Shown piece by piece: positions 1-9,228 of a DNA stretch of 51,630 bases (position 1 is the first letter of the stretch; each line of letters begins with the position of its first letter). The position numbers and the translations under genes are program-made. The notes beneath the pieces are model-generated. The model did no database searches. It was not told the DNA's origin and worked only from the letters and a program-made list of their open reading frames with translations. This stretch comes from Candidatus Undinarchaeales archaeon (GTDB lineage Archaea; Undinarchaeota; Undinarchaeia; Undinarchaeales; JALTGF01): assembly GCA_046483005.1 (NCBI GenBank), contig JAWOEA010000001.1, forward strand, positions 1 to 51,630, written 5' to 3'.

Positions 1-915
1 GTCTGAGTCAGTAGAGTAAGCATTGGGTAAACCGCCAGAATTTCCAAGATCATCCGTCCAGTTGATATTAACATCTGCACTCTCAACCAAATTTGGATTT
101 GTGCCATTTGTTTGTGCAAGAATTTGCACCCTGTAAATAACTTTTAAAATAGAAGCACTTCCAGGTGTAATTGAAATATTACTATTGTTAATATAGGTTC
201 CATATGTAGTTAGATTCCCATCCTGAGCAAGCCAAACCATATTCTCAGTGCAGCCTGAAAATGTTGAATTATAAAGATGTGCATTAGTATTACTAGACAT
301 AAAGCAATTAGGTGAATTTGAAAGAGTTAAATTATTTAGATTTGGATTGGCCCCTATGGCCACTGTTAAAGAAGCATTCTGAGCATTAGCAATAGTAGTA
401 TTTTTAACAGCATCCTGATTAGAATTTCCGAGGAAGAACACTCCTAAGGCAGGTCCAGCCGGATCCGAATTATTAGTCCGTACATGATTAATTGTAGAAT
501 CATAAATTTGAGTTCCAGTACTACTAGTAAAGTTCATTGCATAGCCCATGGTAGTGTTATTTACATCAAAAGTTACATTCCTAGCATAGAAATACCCACC
601 ATCTAAAGTTTCAAATTGTGGCTCAAAACTATCATTTATAAAATTATTACTGCCGTTTGTAAATGTAAAATTACCATTGTCAAGGACAGAAACATTGCCA
701 GTTACATTAAGAGTGACGTCATCAAAAGTTAAAGTTCCATTAATAATTAAAGAACCGTTAACTATGATTGTCTCGCTTGAATTCGAACAAGCAGGATCTG
801 AACTAGTAATGCTCCAGTCACCTGTACCAGTATAATTACACGTAGCAAACACACCAGGTACTAACAGCACTAAGAATAAAACAAATACCATTAATCCCAA
901 TATTTTTTTTGCCAT
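1..915 (-). CDS. Secreted Asn/Thr-rich surface glycoprotein, probably right-handed beta-helix; 3' end runs off the window; absent from the ORF track
   Basis: Open frame from ATG at 915: MAKKILGLMVFVLFLVLLVPGVFA signal peptide, then TCNYTGTGDWSI...IIVNGSLIINGTLTFDDVTLNV, with many N-x-S/T sequons and no stop to position 1. Confidence 0.8.
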   Translation of the reverse strand, partial: MAKKILGLMVFVLFLVLLVPGVFATCNYTGTGDWSITSSDPACSNSSETIIVNGSLIINGTLTFDDVTLNVTGNVSVLDNGNFTFTNGSNNFINDSFEPQFETLDGGYFYARNVTFDVNNTTMGYAMNFTSSTGTQIYDSTINHVRTNNSDPAGPALGVFFLGNSNQDAVKNTTIANAQNASLTVAIGANPNLNNLTLSNSPNCFMSSNTNAHLYNSTFSGCTENMVWLAQDGNLTTYGTYINNSNISITPGSASILKVIYRVQILAQTNGTNPNLVESADVNINWTDDLGNSGGLPNAYSTDSD

Positions 916-964
916 TCTAAACTCCGTTGTTGATAATGAAGTTTTATTTAAATACTTTTTTATT

Positions 965-3900
965 CTAATCCAATTCAGAGTTGGGCCAGTATTTAACTAC
1001 AGAAGCTGCAATAATTAATGATATAATTAATATTGATAATAATATAGTATAATAGAGATTTCTGAAATCCCTTCCTTTTCCTTCAGCTTCAGTCTCGTTT
1101 TCAGCTGCTTCTGTTTCTTGTTCAGTGATTTCTTCTTGCTCAGGCTCCGGTTCTGGCTCCGGCTCTTTAATTATTTTAAAGGAGGAGGCAAACTTTGAAA
1201 GCCCTGGAACAGATGTTTCGAAATTATATGCATTTTCAGTTTCGTATGTCTCCTTCGCCGAAAAATTCGTCCAGCTCCCGTTTACATCCCGCAAAAATAT
1301 GACCTCTTCAGGAGAAACATTATTTGAATTCATCCAGCTCTTATTTATTCTGAAAGAAATCTCAAGCGTTTCAATATCCTCGCTTTCAAAATTGACTGGC
1401 TCAATACTTAAATAAGCAAAAGCAGGATTTTCCGGTTCGGCGACTGAAGCCGGTCTGTCAAGATACTTGATAACAGTAATAATTGCATTTTCTACTTTCT
1501 TATTAACTGTAAGCTCCATTCTTGAAATTGTATGTCCGTCTGCATTTGAAAATGTTTTAACTGCTGTTTCTCCGGCGTCAATATTTCCAAATCTGGCTGA
1601 TTCCTGAGGCAGTGCAATGCCTCCTGCACCTCCGCCTCCTCCGCCTCCGCCGGTACTTGAGGTAGAAGGAGCTTTCTTAGTTATAGTGTAGTTTGAACCT
1701 GCAAAAGCGGACTGATTGAACATATCAACTGCTTTGCAGTTCCAATTGTATTCTCCATTTGAAAGGTCAACAGTAAAAGCGGATGAATTTGCTGTTCCAG
1801 ATACATTTTTAGTTTCAACTGACGTCCAGCTTCCCTCAAAATCGCCGTATAAAATTATATTGCTTAAATTATAATTGTCGGTTGCAGAGCAGTTAAAAAC
1901 ATTTGAAGATTGGGTAGTGCTTGTTGAATCATCCGGAGACTGCAAAGTTACATTTGGAACTGTTGTATCCAAAGTAGTATTTGTCGTATTATTCACAAAA
2001 GTTAGATTCCTGTTTCCAATTGTGTCTACTGTCCTTAAACCAATTTCATATGTAGTATTGAAAATAAGCCCGGTTGAATTATAATAATTATTTGAAGTAT
2101 TTGACAGCCAGGAATTATTCAGCCATACCTCAGTATAATTAAAATCAGTATTGTTTGGATTTGTCCAGTTCCAGTAAATCCATCCTGCGTCTTTTGAAGC
2201 ATTTGAAAGATTTGAAACGCCGTATGGAGCTACCTGGTCGATAATAAGCGTGTAATTACTGTCTGCAAATCCGGAATAGTTTTTAGTATCGTTTACCTGA
2301 CAGTTCCAGACATAGGAGCCGTTTGAAATTCCTGAAAGAGTCCAGTTGGTCCAGTTTGAAGTTCCTGAAACATCTCTAGTTGTATTGTTTTCCCAGCTTC
2401 CGGAAATATTTGTATATAGAGTCATATTTGCAAGACCAGTATTATCAGTTGCAGAGCAGTTGAAAAGTATAGTAGTATTATTTGTCCTAGTTCCATTTTC
2501 AGGAGCTAAAAGAGAAATTGTCGGAGCGGTTTCTATAACTAAATTATATTCATCGCTCTTTGTTTCCTGAAAATCATCCGATACATTTATCCAGAAAGTA
2601 TAGTTGCCGTCCTCCTGGTTAGATAAAACAGTCAGATTAGTTGCAGTATTATTCTGAACCGAACCATTATAGGAAACATTAGTTGAATTGAAATAGAGAG
2701 TTGCTTTTGCAGTTGAATTTACTTTGTCAGTAAAATTAAATCTAATAATAGGAGTTTTGTTTATAGCTACTGTATTGTTAGCAGTCATTACATTTACTAC
2801 AGGAGCAGAAGTATTGTTTAGATTTGTGCTTGAAACCAGAGAATAATTTTCAGGAGAATAAGGAACTGAAGTTCCGTTTACAGTTACTGTCCAGGTTCCA
2901 TTTCCCGGATTTGAAACATAAACCTGCTCAATATTATCTATCTCATTGCTTGCATTTCTTACAGCCGGTTCAGACGGACTGCTTTTATTCAAAGTCCATG
3001 GATACATCCTGGAGCCGTTTGGGGCAATAACAACTAAATCTAAATCGTTAACCAGTTCTTTTGATGCAGAAGGCGCTCCCGGATAGTCGTCCCATGCAAG
3101 AGAAATTTTCAGTTCAGTCCCGTTGAAAATAAAAGTATAGCTCCTGTTGCCTGTATTTGAAACATTTCTTTCAGAGATATATTCAGATTTATTTGAAGCA
3201 TTATCAACTCTTATCAAATCGATTGCTCTGGTTGCATTTACTATTCCGTATCCGGTTGCATAGTCGGGTCCAGTTTCATTTAAATCAAGTGCCGTATGAA
3301 TTAAAACTGCCTTGACTGTTGAAGGCCACGGATACTGCAAATGAGTAGTATTATATTCTTTATACATTAAAGTGGAAATTCCTGAAACAACGGGAGCCGC
3401 CTGTGAAGTTCCCTGTGTAATTGCATATGTTCCCGTTGGATAAGTAGATGTTATTCCGTTGTCTCCTCCCTGCTGTTCTCCCGGCGCGACCACTTCCGGT
3501 TTGAGCCTGCCGTCGTCTGTCGGACCGAAACTTGAAAAGGATGTCATCGAGTTGTCATTTGAATTTACCGCTCCGACTGCTATGATATTTTTTGCAGTTG
3601 AAGGAATTGGAGTCGTATTATATGGATAAGGAGAATCTGCCTTGTTGCACTGAGAATCGGAACTGCTTCCTCTTTCATTTCCTCCTGAAAAAACGACAGT
3701 AAATTTTTGAGAATTTGTTGTGTTATATCCGTTTACAATATCATCATATGCCCTGCTCCAAGAATTATAATTTCCCCAGTCGCATATTGCCAGAAAGTTT
3801 ACTTTCCAGGAATTATGAGAAATTATGGCTCCTTTATCAACTGAATCATTTGACTCATCATAAATTTCATCTTCAGAGCCGGGCCATTCATATGTAAGCA

Positions 3901-4789
3901 AAGTCGCATTAGGCGCCATTCCTTTCCACTGTCTTGCAGCTCCTCCATGAGCTGTACTGTTTGAACCGTTTCCAAGGATAGTTCCTGCAACATGCGTTGC
4001 ATGGTCTCCAGTTGAACCCTCGCCAGGATCTCCTACAGTAGCCCTGTCATTAAAATCAGTGTGATTTGCATATCCTTCATCCCAGAGAGCAACAGTTATA
4101 CCTGAGCCATTTAAAAAATAAGGAGAATGCTGAACAGTATCAGCGCCGGTTGAATTTCTGGCTCCATCATTCAAAGTTGATAATTCCAAATTTCCGGGTT
4201 CTATCCAAAAAACAGAACCAGATTCTGCCAGATTTTTTAATTCATCTGAATTAATTTGAACAAGCCACGGCAGATTTTTTGAACCCGGCTCGCTGACTAA
4301 GGTGCCATATTTTTCAATTTTGGAAGATGCTTCTTTTCTTGAAATGTCTGAAAAGAAAAGAACTGAAATTAATAAATCTGAATCTTCATTCTGTTCAGAA
4401 ACTCTGAGGAGATTCGGCTCTATTTTATCTTCCGGTTCAAGCTCTGCCAGATAAGTTACTGATTTTTTTTCATAAGAAGAACTTAATTTAGCTGAAGGAA
4501 CGGATGCAATCCATGCCTTGTTTGGAATATATTCAAGGAGATGAATTCCTTTCTTTTTAAAAATTAATCTTTCAGTTTTATTTGGAAGATGGTCAAACTG
4601 AATTAAAACATGAACATTTCCAGCTTCCTGAACAGATAAACTTTCCTTCATTACACTTGATTTTGGAGCAGGAGTAAATTCTCCGGATTTCAAAAATATT
4701 CTATCTGCACTTGAATTATTATAAACCGAACCCTGAATAAAAACTGTCAAAAATAATACTGCTGTGACCACCAAGACTTTTCTATTCAT
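965..4789 (-). CDS. S8 subtilisin-family serine protease with Ig-like repeats, PGF-pre-PGF-like domain and C-terminal membrane anchor
   Basis: Catalytic motifs LWDEG, HATHVAGT, GGNE, GTSQAAP; SSFGPTDDGRLKPE and LVNDLDL motifs; twice-repeated FNCSATDN...Y.WNC; poly-Gly linker; PGLSKFA; C-terminal hydrophobic helix. Confidence 0.93.
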   Translation of the reverse strand: MNRKVLVVTAVLFLTVFIQGSVYNNSSADRIFLKSGEFTPAPKSSVMKESLSVQEAGNVHVLIQFDHLPNKTERLIFKKKGIHLLEYIPNKAWIASVPSAKLSSSYEKKSVTYLAELEPEDKIEPNLLRVSEQNEDSDLLISVLFFSDISRKEASSKIEKYGTLVSEPGSKNLPWLVQINSDELKNLAESGSVFWIEPGNLELSTLNDGARNSTGADTVQHSPYFLNGSGITVALWDEGYANHTDFNDRATVGDPGEGSTGDHATHVAGTILGNGSNSTAHGGAARQWKGMAPNATLLTYEWPGSEDEIYDESNDSVDKGAIISHNSWKVNFLAICDWGNYNSWSRAYDDIVNGYNTTNSQKFTVVFSGGNERGSSSDSQCNKADSPYPYNTTPIPSTAKNIIAVGAVNSNDNSMTSFSSFGPTDDGRLKPEVVAPGEQQGGDNGITSTYPTGTYAITQGTSQAAPVVSGISTLMYKEYNTTHLQYPWPSTVKAVLIHTALDLNETGPDYATGYGIVNATRAIDLIRVDNASNKSEYISERNVSNTGNRSYTFIFNGTELKISLAWDDYPGAPSASKELVNDLDLVVIAPNGSRMYPWTLNKSSPSEPAVRNASNEIDNIEQVYVSNPGNGTWTVTVNGTSVPYSPENYSLVSSTNLNNTSAPVVNVMTANNTVAINKTPIIRFNFTDKVNSTAKATLYFNSTNVSYNGSVQNNTATNLTVLSNQEDGNYTFWINVSDDFQETKSDEYNLVIETAPTISLLAPENGTRTNNTTILFNCSATDNTGLANMTLYTNISGSWENNTTRDVSGTSNWTNWTLSGISNGSYVWNCQVNDTKNYSGFADSNYTLIIDQVAPYGVSNLSNASKDAGWIYWNWTNPNNTDFNYTEVWLNNSWLSNTSNNYYNSTGLIFNTTYEIGLRTVDTIGNRNLTFVNNTTNTTLDTTVPNVTLQSPDDSTSTTQSSNVFNCSATDNYNLSNIILYGDFEGSWTSVETKNVSGTANSSAFTVDLSNGEYNWNCKAVDMFNQSAFAGSNYTITKKAPSTSSTGGGGGGGGAGGIALPQESARFGNIDAGETAVKTFSNADGHTISRMELTVNKKVENAIITVIKYLDRPASVAEPENPAFAYLSIEPVNFESEDIETLEISFRINKSWMNSNNVSPEEVIFLRDVNGSWTNFSAKETYETENAYNFETSVPGLSKFASSFKIIKEPEPEPEPEQEEITEQETEAAENETEAEGKGRDFRNLYYTILLSILIISLIIAASVVKYWPNSELD

Positions 4790-4813
4790 TAAAAGAGATT
4801 AATAAATTAAACC

Positions 4814-5254
4814 TTATAATATTTGCTCAACCTGAAGAGAATACTTATTTTTTGAAACTGAAAATTCGCCGATTATAGTATAATTTCCCGGCTCTATGTC
4901 GCAGGTGAGATTGCAGTCAGTTCCCTTGCATTCCATAGGTTCTGAATCGGACATCAGATAAATGCTTGAATTTTCATATTTTGTCCCTTCTTTTCCGGTA
5001 AGAGCAAGAGAACAGGAAACAGAATTACAGCAGGGATTTTCAGGCGGGCATGCTATTTCAGTTGACAGACAGAAAACCTTTTCAACCTTTCCAGAAACAT
5101 TAATTATTTCTCCGTCATAGTTTTCAGGATTTTTCAGTAACTCATTTGCAGTTAAATCTTTATTATAAGAATAAGTCCAGCTGAAATAGAAAACCGCTGA
5201 AATTAAAACTATTGAAATGATCAGCAGAGGTAAAAATTTGTTTTTAAGTTTCAT
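4814..5254 (-). CDS. Membrane-anchored Cys-rich hypothetical protein, possibly OB-fold-like
   Basis: N-terminal TM helix; ELLKNPENYDGEIINVSGKV; 8 Cys including ACPPENPCCN. Confidence 0.6.
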   Translation of the reverse strand: MKLKNKFLPLLIISIVLISAVFYFSWTYSYNKDLTANELLKNPENYDGEIINVSGKVEKVFCLSTEIACPPENPCCNSVSCSLALTGKEGTKYENSSIYLMSDSEPMECKGTDCNLTCDIEPGNYTIIGEFSVSKNKYSLQVEQIL

Positions 5255-5258
5255 AAAT

Positions 5259-5489
5259 TTACTTCAGGGAAGGCAGAGTTGAAAACATTTTTGCTCCTCT
5301 ATTTGTAAGACCGACCTTAATTTCTGCCTGTTCTCCTTCACACTTATAAATTTCAATAATACCATTGTCAAGAAATTCAGTAAGTATCTTTTTGGTTTTA
5401 GTATCCTTAGAATTTAAATCACATATAGCCTTTACTGCAGCTTCTTTTGAAAGTTTTTCTTTTTTGTTTTTATCAAAAATCTCGGCCAT
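5259..5489 (-). CDS. Small hypothetical protein, possibly winged-helix
   Basis: ATG at 5489 preferred over TTG at 5498; EFLDNGIIEI...VGLTNRG resembles the wing/LTxxG end of wHTH domains. Confidence 0.5.
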   Translation of the reverse strand: MAEIFDKNKKEKLSKEAAVKAICDLNSKDTKTKKILTEFLDNGIIEIYKCEGEQAEIKVGLTNRGAKMFSTLPSLK

Positions 5490-5530
5490 TTTTCCCAATC
5501 CAGAATTAAATGAAAGTAGTATTTATACTT

Positions 5531-5616
5531 TCGGAAAGATTTAGAAAATTAGAGAAAAATTGGAAAAACTTTCTGAAAATATATAGAAAAAATTAGGAAA
5601 AACAATTAGAAAAACT
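5531..5616 (+). repeat. Array of 8 phased GAAA(A) motifs in a divergent intergenic region
   Basis: GAAA starts at 5534, 5544, 5554, 5563, 5575, 5586, 5597, 5609 (mean spacing ~10.7 bp). Confidence 0.7.
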
Positions 5617-5644
5617 TAAATGCTCAGCAATATTATATGAAAAC

Positions 5645-6757
5645 ATGAAAAGAAAAATACTAAGTGTCTTTGCACTCCTGACAATACTGGCATTGACAAC
5701 TGCGGTTGCGGCTCAGACCGAACAGGTAATTTTGGTTTCTGATAATGCTGCAGACTCGGGAGTAGCTGAAATTCTTTCAGAAAAAATAGGAGCAGAAGTA
5801 GTATATACTGAATGGGGAACTTTCAGCGAATACGCTCTTGACGAACTGGAAAACATCTCTCCGGAAAAAGCAGTTATAGTTGGAGGAAATGTGGCAGTTC
5901 CTTCCGAAGCCGAAACTCAGTTAGAAGAACTGGGAATTGAAACTGAAAGGCTTGCAGGAAAGAACAGATACGAAACTTCAGCGATGGTTGCAGAAAAAGG
6001 ATGGGGAGCAGACGGCTCTAAAAATGCAATGGTTGCACAGGGATACGACGGTTCAGGAATTGAACTCGCAAAACAGAAAGCAAAACAAAAAGGAACTCCT
6101 TTACTGTATGCAACTCCAAATGAAGTTCCTGAAGAAATTAAAGAAAGGCTCAGGAGCATGAATACAACCGGAGCAGAATATATACCTGCACCAGATTCAA
6201 ACAGAACCCGAATAAGAGAGCAGCTCAGAGAACATGTAGACGAAGTTAATGAAACTGAAAGAAACATGACTGAAGCCTCTCAGGAAGCAATAGATGAAGC
6301 AGAACAGGTCATTCAAGAAGCTAATGAAACCCTGCCTGAATTTGAAATGGGAAAAGGTGTAGCAGCCCATAATACATATGGAAATGCAGCTGAACACTTG
6401 AATACTGCAAAAGAAGCTTTTGAAAATGAAGAATATGGAAAAGCTTACGGTCAGGCAATTTCAGCAAAACATCTTGCAAAAAACTCCAGAAGACTTAGTG
6501 AAAACAATATAGTCGGAAATCTTCAGGAAGAAGTTCAAAAAGCACAGGACGAAATTGATGAAAATGGACTTGAAAGAGTAAGAGAAAGAATTGAAAACCA
6601 GTACAAAATAAACATAAAAGAAAAAGTACAGGCTGGTCCGATGGAAAATGAAACTGAAGAAGAACCTGAAGAAAATGAATCTGAAATTGGAGAAGAAACT
6701 TCCGGAAATGCTCAAGATATAGCAGACGAGAGCAAAGGCGCAGGACAAAACGAATAA
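5645..6757 (+). CDS. Secreted cell-wall-binding repeat 2 (CW_binding_2)-like protein with helical/acidic C-terminus
   Basis: Signal peptide; IVGGNVAVP and RLAGKNRYETS motifs typical of CWB2 repeats. Confidence 0.8.
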   Translation: MKRKILSVFALLTILALTTAVAAQTEQVILVSDNAADSGVAEILSEKIGAEVVYTEWGTFSEYALDELENISPEKAVIVGGNVAVPSEAETQLEELGIETERLAGKNRYETSAMVAEKGWGADGSKNAMVAQGYDGSGIELAKQKAKQKGTPLLYATPNEVPEEIKERLRSMNTTGAEYIPAPDSNRTRIREQLREHVDEVNETERNMTEASQEAIDEAEQVIQEANETLPEFEMGKGVAAHNTYGNAAEHLNTAKEAFENEEYGKAYGQAISAKHLAKNSRRLSENNIVGNLQEEVQKAQDEIDENGLERVRERIENQYKINIKEKVQAGPMENETEEEPEENESEIGEETSGNAQDIADESKGAGQNE

Positions 6758-6776
6758 TCAAACATAATAAAAAAAT

Positions 6777-6813
6777 GAATGCCAGCGGTAGAGTAATGCC
6801 TCTACCCGCATTC
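6777..6813. terminator. Hairpin between convergent genes, probable terminator
   Basis: GAATGC..GGTAGAG / CTCTACC..GCATTC inverted repeat next to an A-run (T-run on the minus strand). Confidence 0.55.
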
Positions 6814-6818
6814 TAAAA

Positions 6819-7868
6819 TCATTCTTTTAATTTAGGAATTTCAGAACTCTTAATTACTCCCTTATCAGTTATGTAGGCAGTAATGTATTTAGCCGGAGTG
6901 ACATCAAAAGCGGGATTTTTTGCGCTTGAACTTTCATTTGCAATCTGGACATCTCCTTCTTTGCTGAAAGCTTTTTTTACTTCAGATTCATTTCTTTCCT
7001 CAATTGGAATTTCCTTTCCGGAAGGACATTCAAAATCAAAAGTTGGTACGGGGGCAGCTACATAGAAAGGAATACCATTTTCCTTTGCAATTACTGCTTT
7101 TTCATAAGTCCCTATTTTATTTGCAACATCTCCGTTTGCTGCAATTCTGTCGGCTCCTACTATACCTAAATCAATATCTCCTGTTTGCATATAGTGGCCG
7201 GCAGCATTGTCGGCAATGACTGCATGATTTATCTTTTCCTGTGCAAGCTCAAATGCAGTTAATCTGGCTCCCTGTAATCTGGGCCTGGTCTCATCAACAA
7301 AAACAAAAATATCTTTTCCTGATTTATTTGCAGCTCTCATTGGAGCAAGAGCTGTTCCATAGTCAACTGTTGCCAGAGCTCCTGCATTGCAGTGGGTTAA
7401 AATCCCGTCTCCTTCTTTAATCAGTTCATTTCCATTTTTTCCGATTGCTTTGCACATGTCAACATATTCATCTGCAATCTTCTCGGCTTCTTCAACAGCC
7501 GTTTCTTTACATTTCCGGACTGAATCACAGTTTTTAACTGACCTTGAAACTCTGTCAACTGCATGCATTAAATCAATCGCAGTAGGTCTGGCTTTTTTAA
7601 TATAGCTTCCTGCTTCGTCTAAATAACTAGAAAAATCATCCAGAGAATCTCCGTCAAATTCAAGGACTGCCTGCGCCGTTGCATAGCCGGCTGTCGCCCC
7701 AATTGCAGGGGCTCCTCTTACAACCATTGTTGAAATTGCATCCGCCGTTTTCCTGTAATTTTCAGATTTAAAAATTTCAAACTTAAAAGGGAGCTTAGGC
7801 TGGTCGATTAAATGGACTGTTCCCTCTTCGAACCAGACAATTCTGTAGTCATCTCCCTGAATTTTCAT
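6819..7868 (-). CDS. mtnA: S-methyl-5-thioribose-1-phosphate isomerase (eIF2B-alpha-like family)
   Basis: IDQPKLP, VRGAPAIG, ARPTA, LTHCNAGALAT, DETRP, GADRIAANGDVANKIGTY, NPAFDVTP. Confidence 0.92.
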   Translation of the reverse strand: MKIQGDDYRIVWFEEGTVHLIDQPKLPFKFEIFKSENYRKTADAISTMVVRGAPAIGATAGYATAQAVLEFDGDSLDDFSSYLDEAGSYIKKARPTAIDLMHAVDRVSRSVKNCDSVRKCKETAVEEAEKIADEYVDMCKAIGKNGNELIKEGDGILTHCNAGALATVDYGTALAPMRAANKSGKDIFVFVDETRPRLQGARLTAFELAQEKINHAVIADNAAGHYMQTGDIDLGIVGADRIAANGDVANKIGTYEKAVIAKENGIPFYVAAPVPTFDFECPSGKEIPIEERNESEVKKAFSKEGDVQIANESSSAKNPAFDVTPAKYITAYITDKGVIKSSEIPKLKE

Positions 7869-7920
7869 GTTTTATCTTTGAATCAATTGATATTTATAAT
7901 TAAAGATATACATAAGATAT

Positions 7921-8793
7921 ATGGGAATTTTAAAAAACAGAGAAGTTAAGGAAAAGCTGAAAGAATTTGGATTAGATATTAATAAACGGAATATTAAAGT
8001 TTTCAAAATTTTAAACGGTGAAAGAACGCCCAGAAATTTCTGGACAAAAATTGAGAATTTTAAAGCCGGAGTAAAGATTGCCACTAGGGATATCGGATAT
8101 AACAGTCTTGAAGCTTTAAGAAAAGAAAAAGAAAGAAAATACAAGCCGGTTGTTTCCGCTTTTCAGAGGCATAGAGAGAAATGGTATGACAGAAAAATAA
8201 AATGGGAGGAAATTCTTGAAGACCTTGGAATTGAATACAAACCAAGAAACATACGCTGGACGACTAAAAAAGCAGTCAAAAAAGTAGAAGATAAAAACAT
8301 ACGGAGCTGGGACGACCTGAATAAAAAAAGCCCGAGGTTGAAGCAGGCAATTTTAAGAGGAAGTGTTAAAGAAAGTTTAAGAGAGCTAATTGAAATGTCT
8401 AAACTGGAGCATAAATGGACAAAAGAAAATTTCATCGAATATTTAAAAGAAAATAAAATTAACTCCTATAAGGATTTAAAGGGAGAAGCAAAAGGAGTAT
8501 ATACAAAACATAATCAAGAATGGGGAGATTTCTACAATCTAGTTAAAAAAGCAGGATTGACTCCGGAAAGAGCAAGCGAGAGAAGAATAATTAAAAAAAT
8601 GAAGGAAAAGCAGAAACTTCTGAAAGAAAAAAAGAAATTAAGTAAAAAAGAAATTTCAAAAACAGTAGAAGAAACTTCTAAAAAATTCTGTCCGAACGAC
8701 GGAAATCTCTTAAATAGACCAAAAAGAATCGATGGGCATCTTTACAAACACTGCAGCAGATGCGGAAAGTGGTATAAAATTGTTAAAAAGTAA
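7921..8793 (+). CDS. Basic hypothetical protein with three WT-initiated helical repeats and a C-terminal Zn ribbon
   Basis: FWTK / RWTT / KWTK repeat starts, each unit ending in W/F-xx-L-xx-(A)G-L/I-like segments; CPND...CSRC. Confidence 0.6.
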   Translation: MGILKNREVKEKLKEFGLDINKRNIKVFKILNGERTPRNFWTKIENFKAGVKIATRDIGYNSLEALRKEKERKYKPVVSAFQRHREKWYDRKIKWEEILEDLGIEYKPRNIRWTTKKAVKKVEDKNIRSWDDLNKKSPRLKQAILRGSVKESLRELIEMSKLEHKWTKENFIEYLKENKINSYKDLKGEAKGVYTKHNQEWGDFYNLVKKAGLTPERASERRIIKKMKEKQKLLKEKKKLSKKEISKTVEETSKKFCPNDGNLLNRPKRIDGHLYKHCSRCGKWYKIVKK

Positions 8794-8822
8794 GTATTCA
8801 AGCAACATTAAAAAGAGTTATA

Positions 8823-8840
8823 TATTTACGTTTATAAATA
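8823..8840 (+). promoter_or_regulatory. Putative ArsR operator
   Basis: TATTTA-N6-TAAATA inverted repeat just upstream of the arsR ATG; the region is AT-rich, so a chance match is possible. Confidence 0.35.
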
Positions 8841-8846
8841 CATTTT

Positions 8847-9107
8847 ATGAAAGACAAAATAAAGATATTAAAGAGTATATCAGATGAAACTAGACTAAAG
8901 ATAATTTCTCTTCTTCTTGGCGGAGAAAAATGTGTCTGTGAAATATTCCCGAAAGTTGATAGAGCCCAGCCGACTGTTTCTCTTCAACTCAAAAAGTTAG
9001 AAGAAGCAGATATATTAGAAAAAAGAAAGGATGGCAGACGAATTTTTTATAAAATAAAGGACGAAAGAATAAAAGAAATTTTAAAAATATTAGAAAATGG
9101 AGGTTAA
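8847..9107 (+). CDS. arsR: ArsR/SmtB family metal(loid)-sensing repressor
   Basis: SDETRLKII, EKCVCEI, QPTVSLQLKKL, GRRIFY. Confidence 0.9.
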   Translation: MKDKIKILKSISDETRLKIISLLLGGEKCVCEIFPKVDRAQPTVSLQLKKLEEADILEKRKDGRRIFYKIKDERIKEILKILENGG

Positions 9108-9108
9108 A

Positions 9109-9210
9109 ATGACTAAGAAAAACGCTTTAGAAAAACTGGCAGAGAAAATAGATAAGAAACTTAAGGAAAAATCTGAGAAATCCTGCTGCTGCGAAAGTTG
9201 TTCGAAATAA
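9109..9210 (+). CDS. 33-aa peptide with Cys-rich tail (below the ORF track cutoff)
   Basis: MTKKNALEKLAEKIDKKLKEKSEKSCCCESCSK; GGAGG at 9099-9103; fills the arsR-permease gap. Confidence 0.75.
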   Translation: MTKKNALEKLAEKIDKKLKEKSEKSCCCESCSK

Positions 9211-9228
9211 TAAATAAAAACAGAAAAG

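Noticed and set aside
1136-1650. Short tandem repeats (ggctcc/ggttct and cctccg runs)
   Set aside because: Explained by the EPEPEP and poly-Gly linkers of the protease
5531-5616. A-tract array as a replication origin
   Set aside because: No ORB-like G-string motif and no orc1/cdc6 gene in the window
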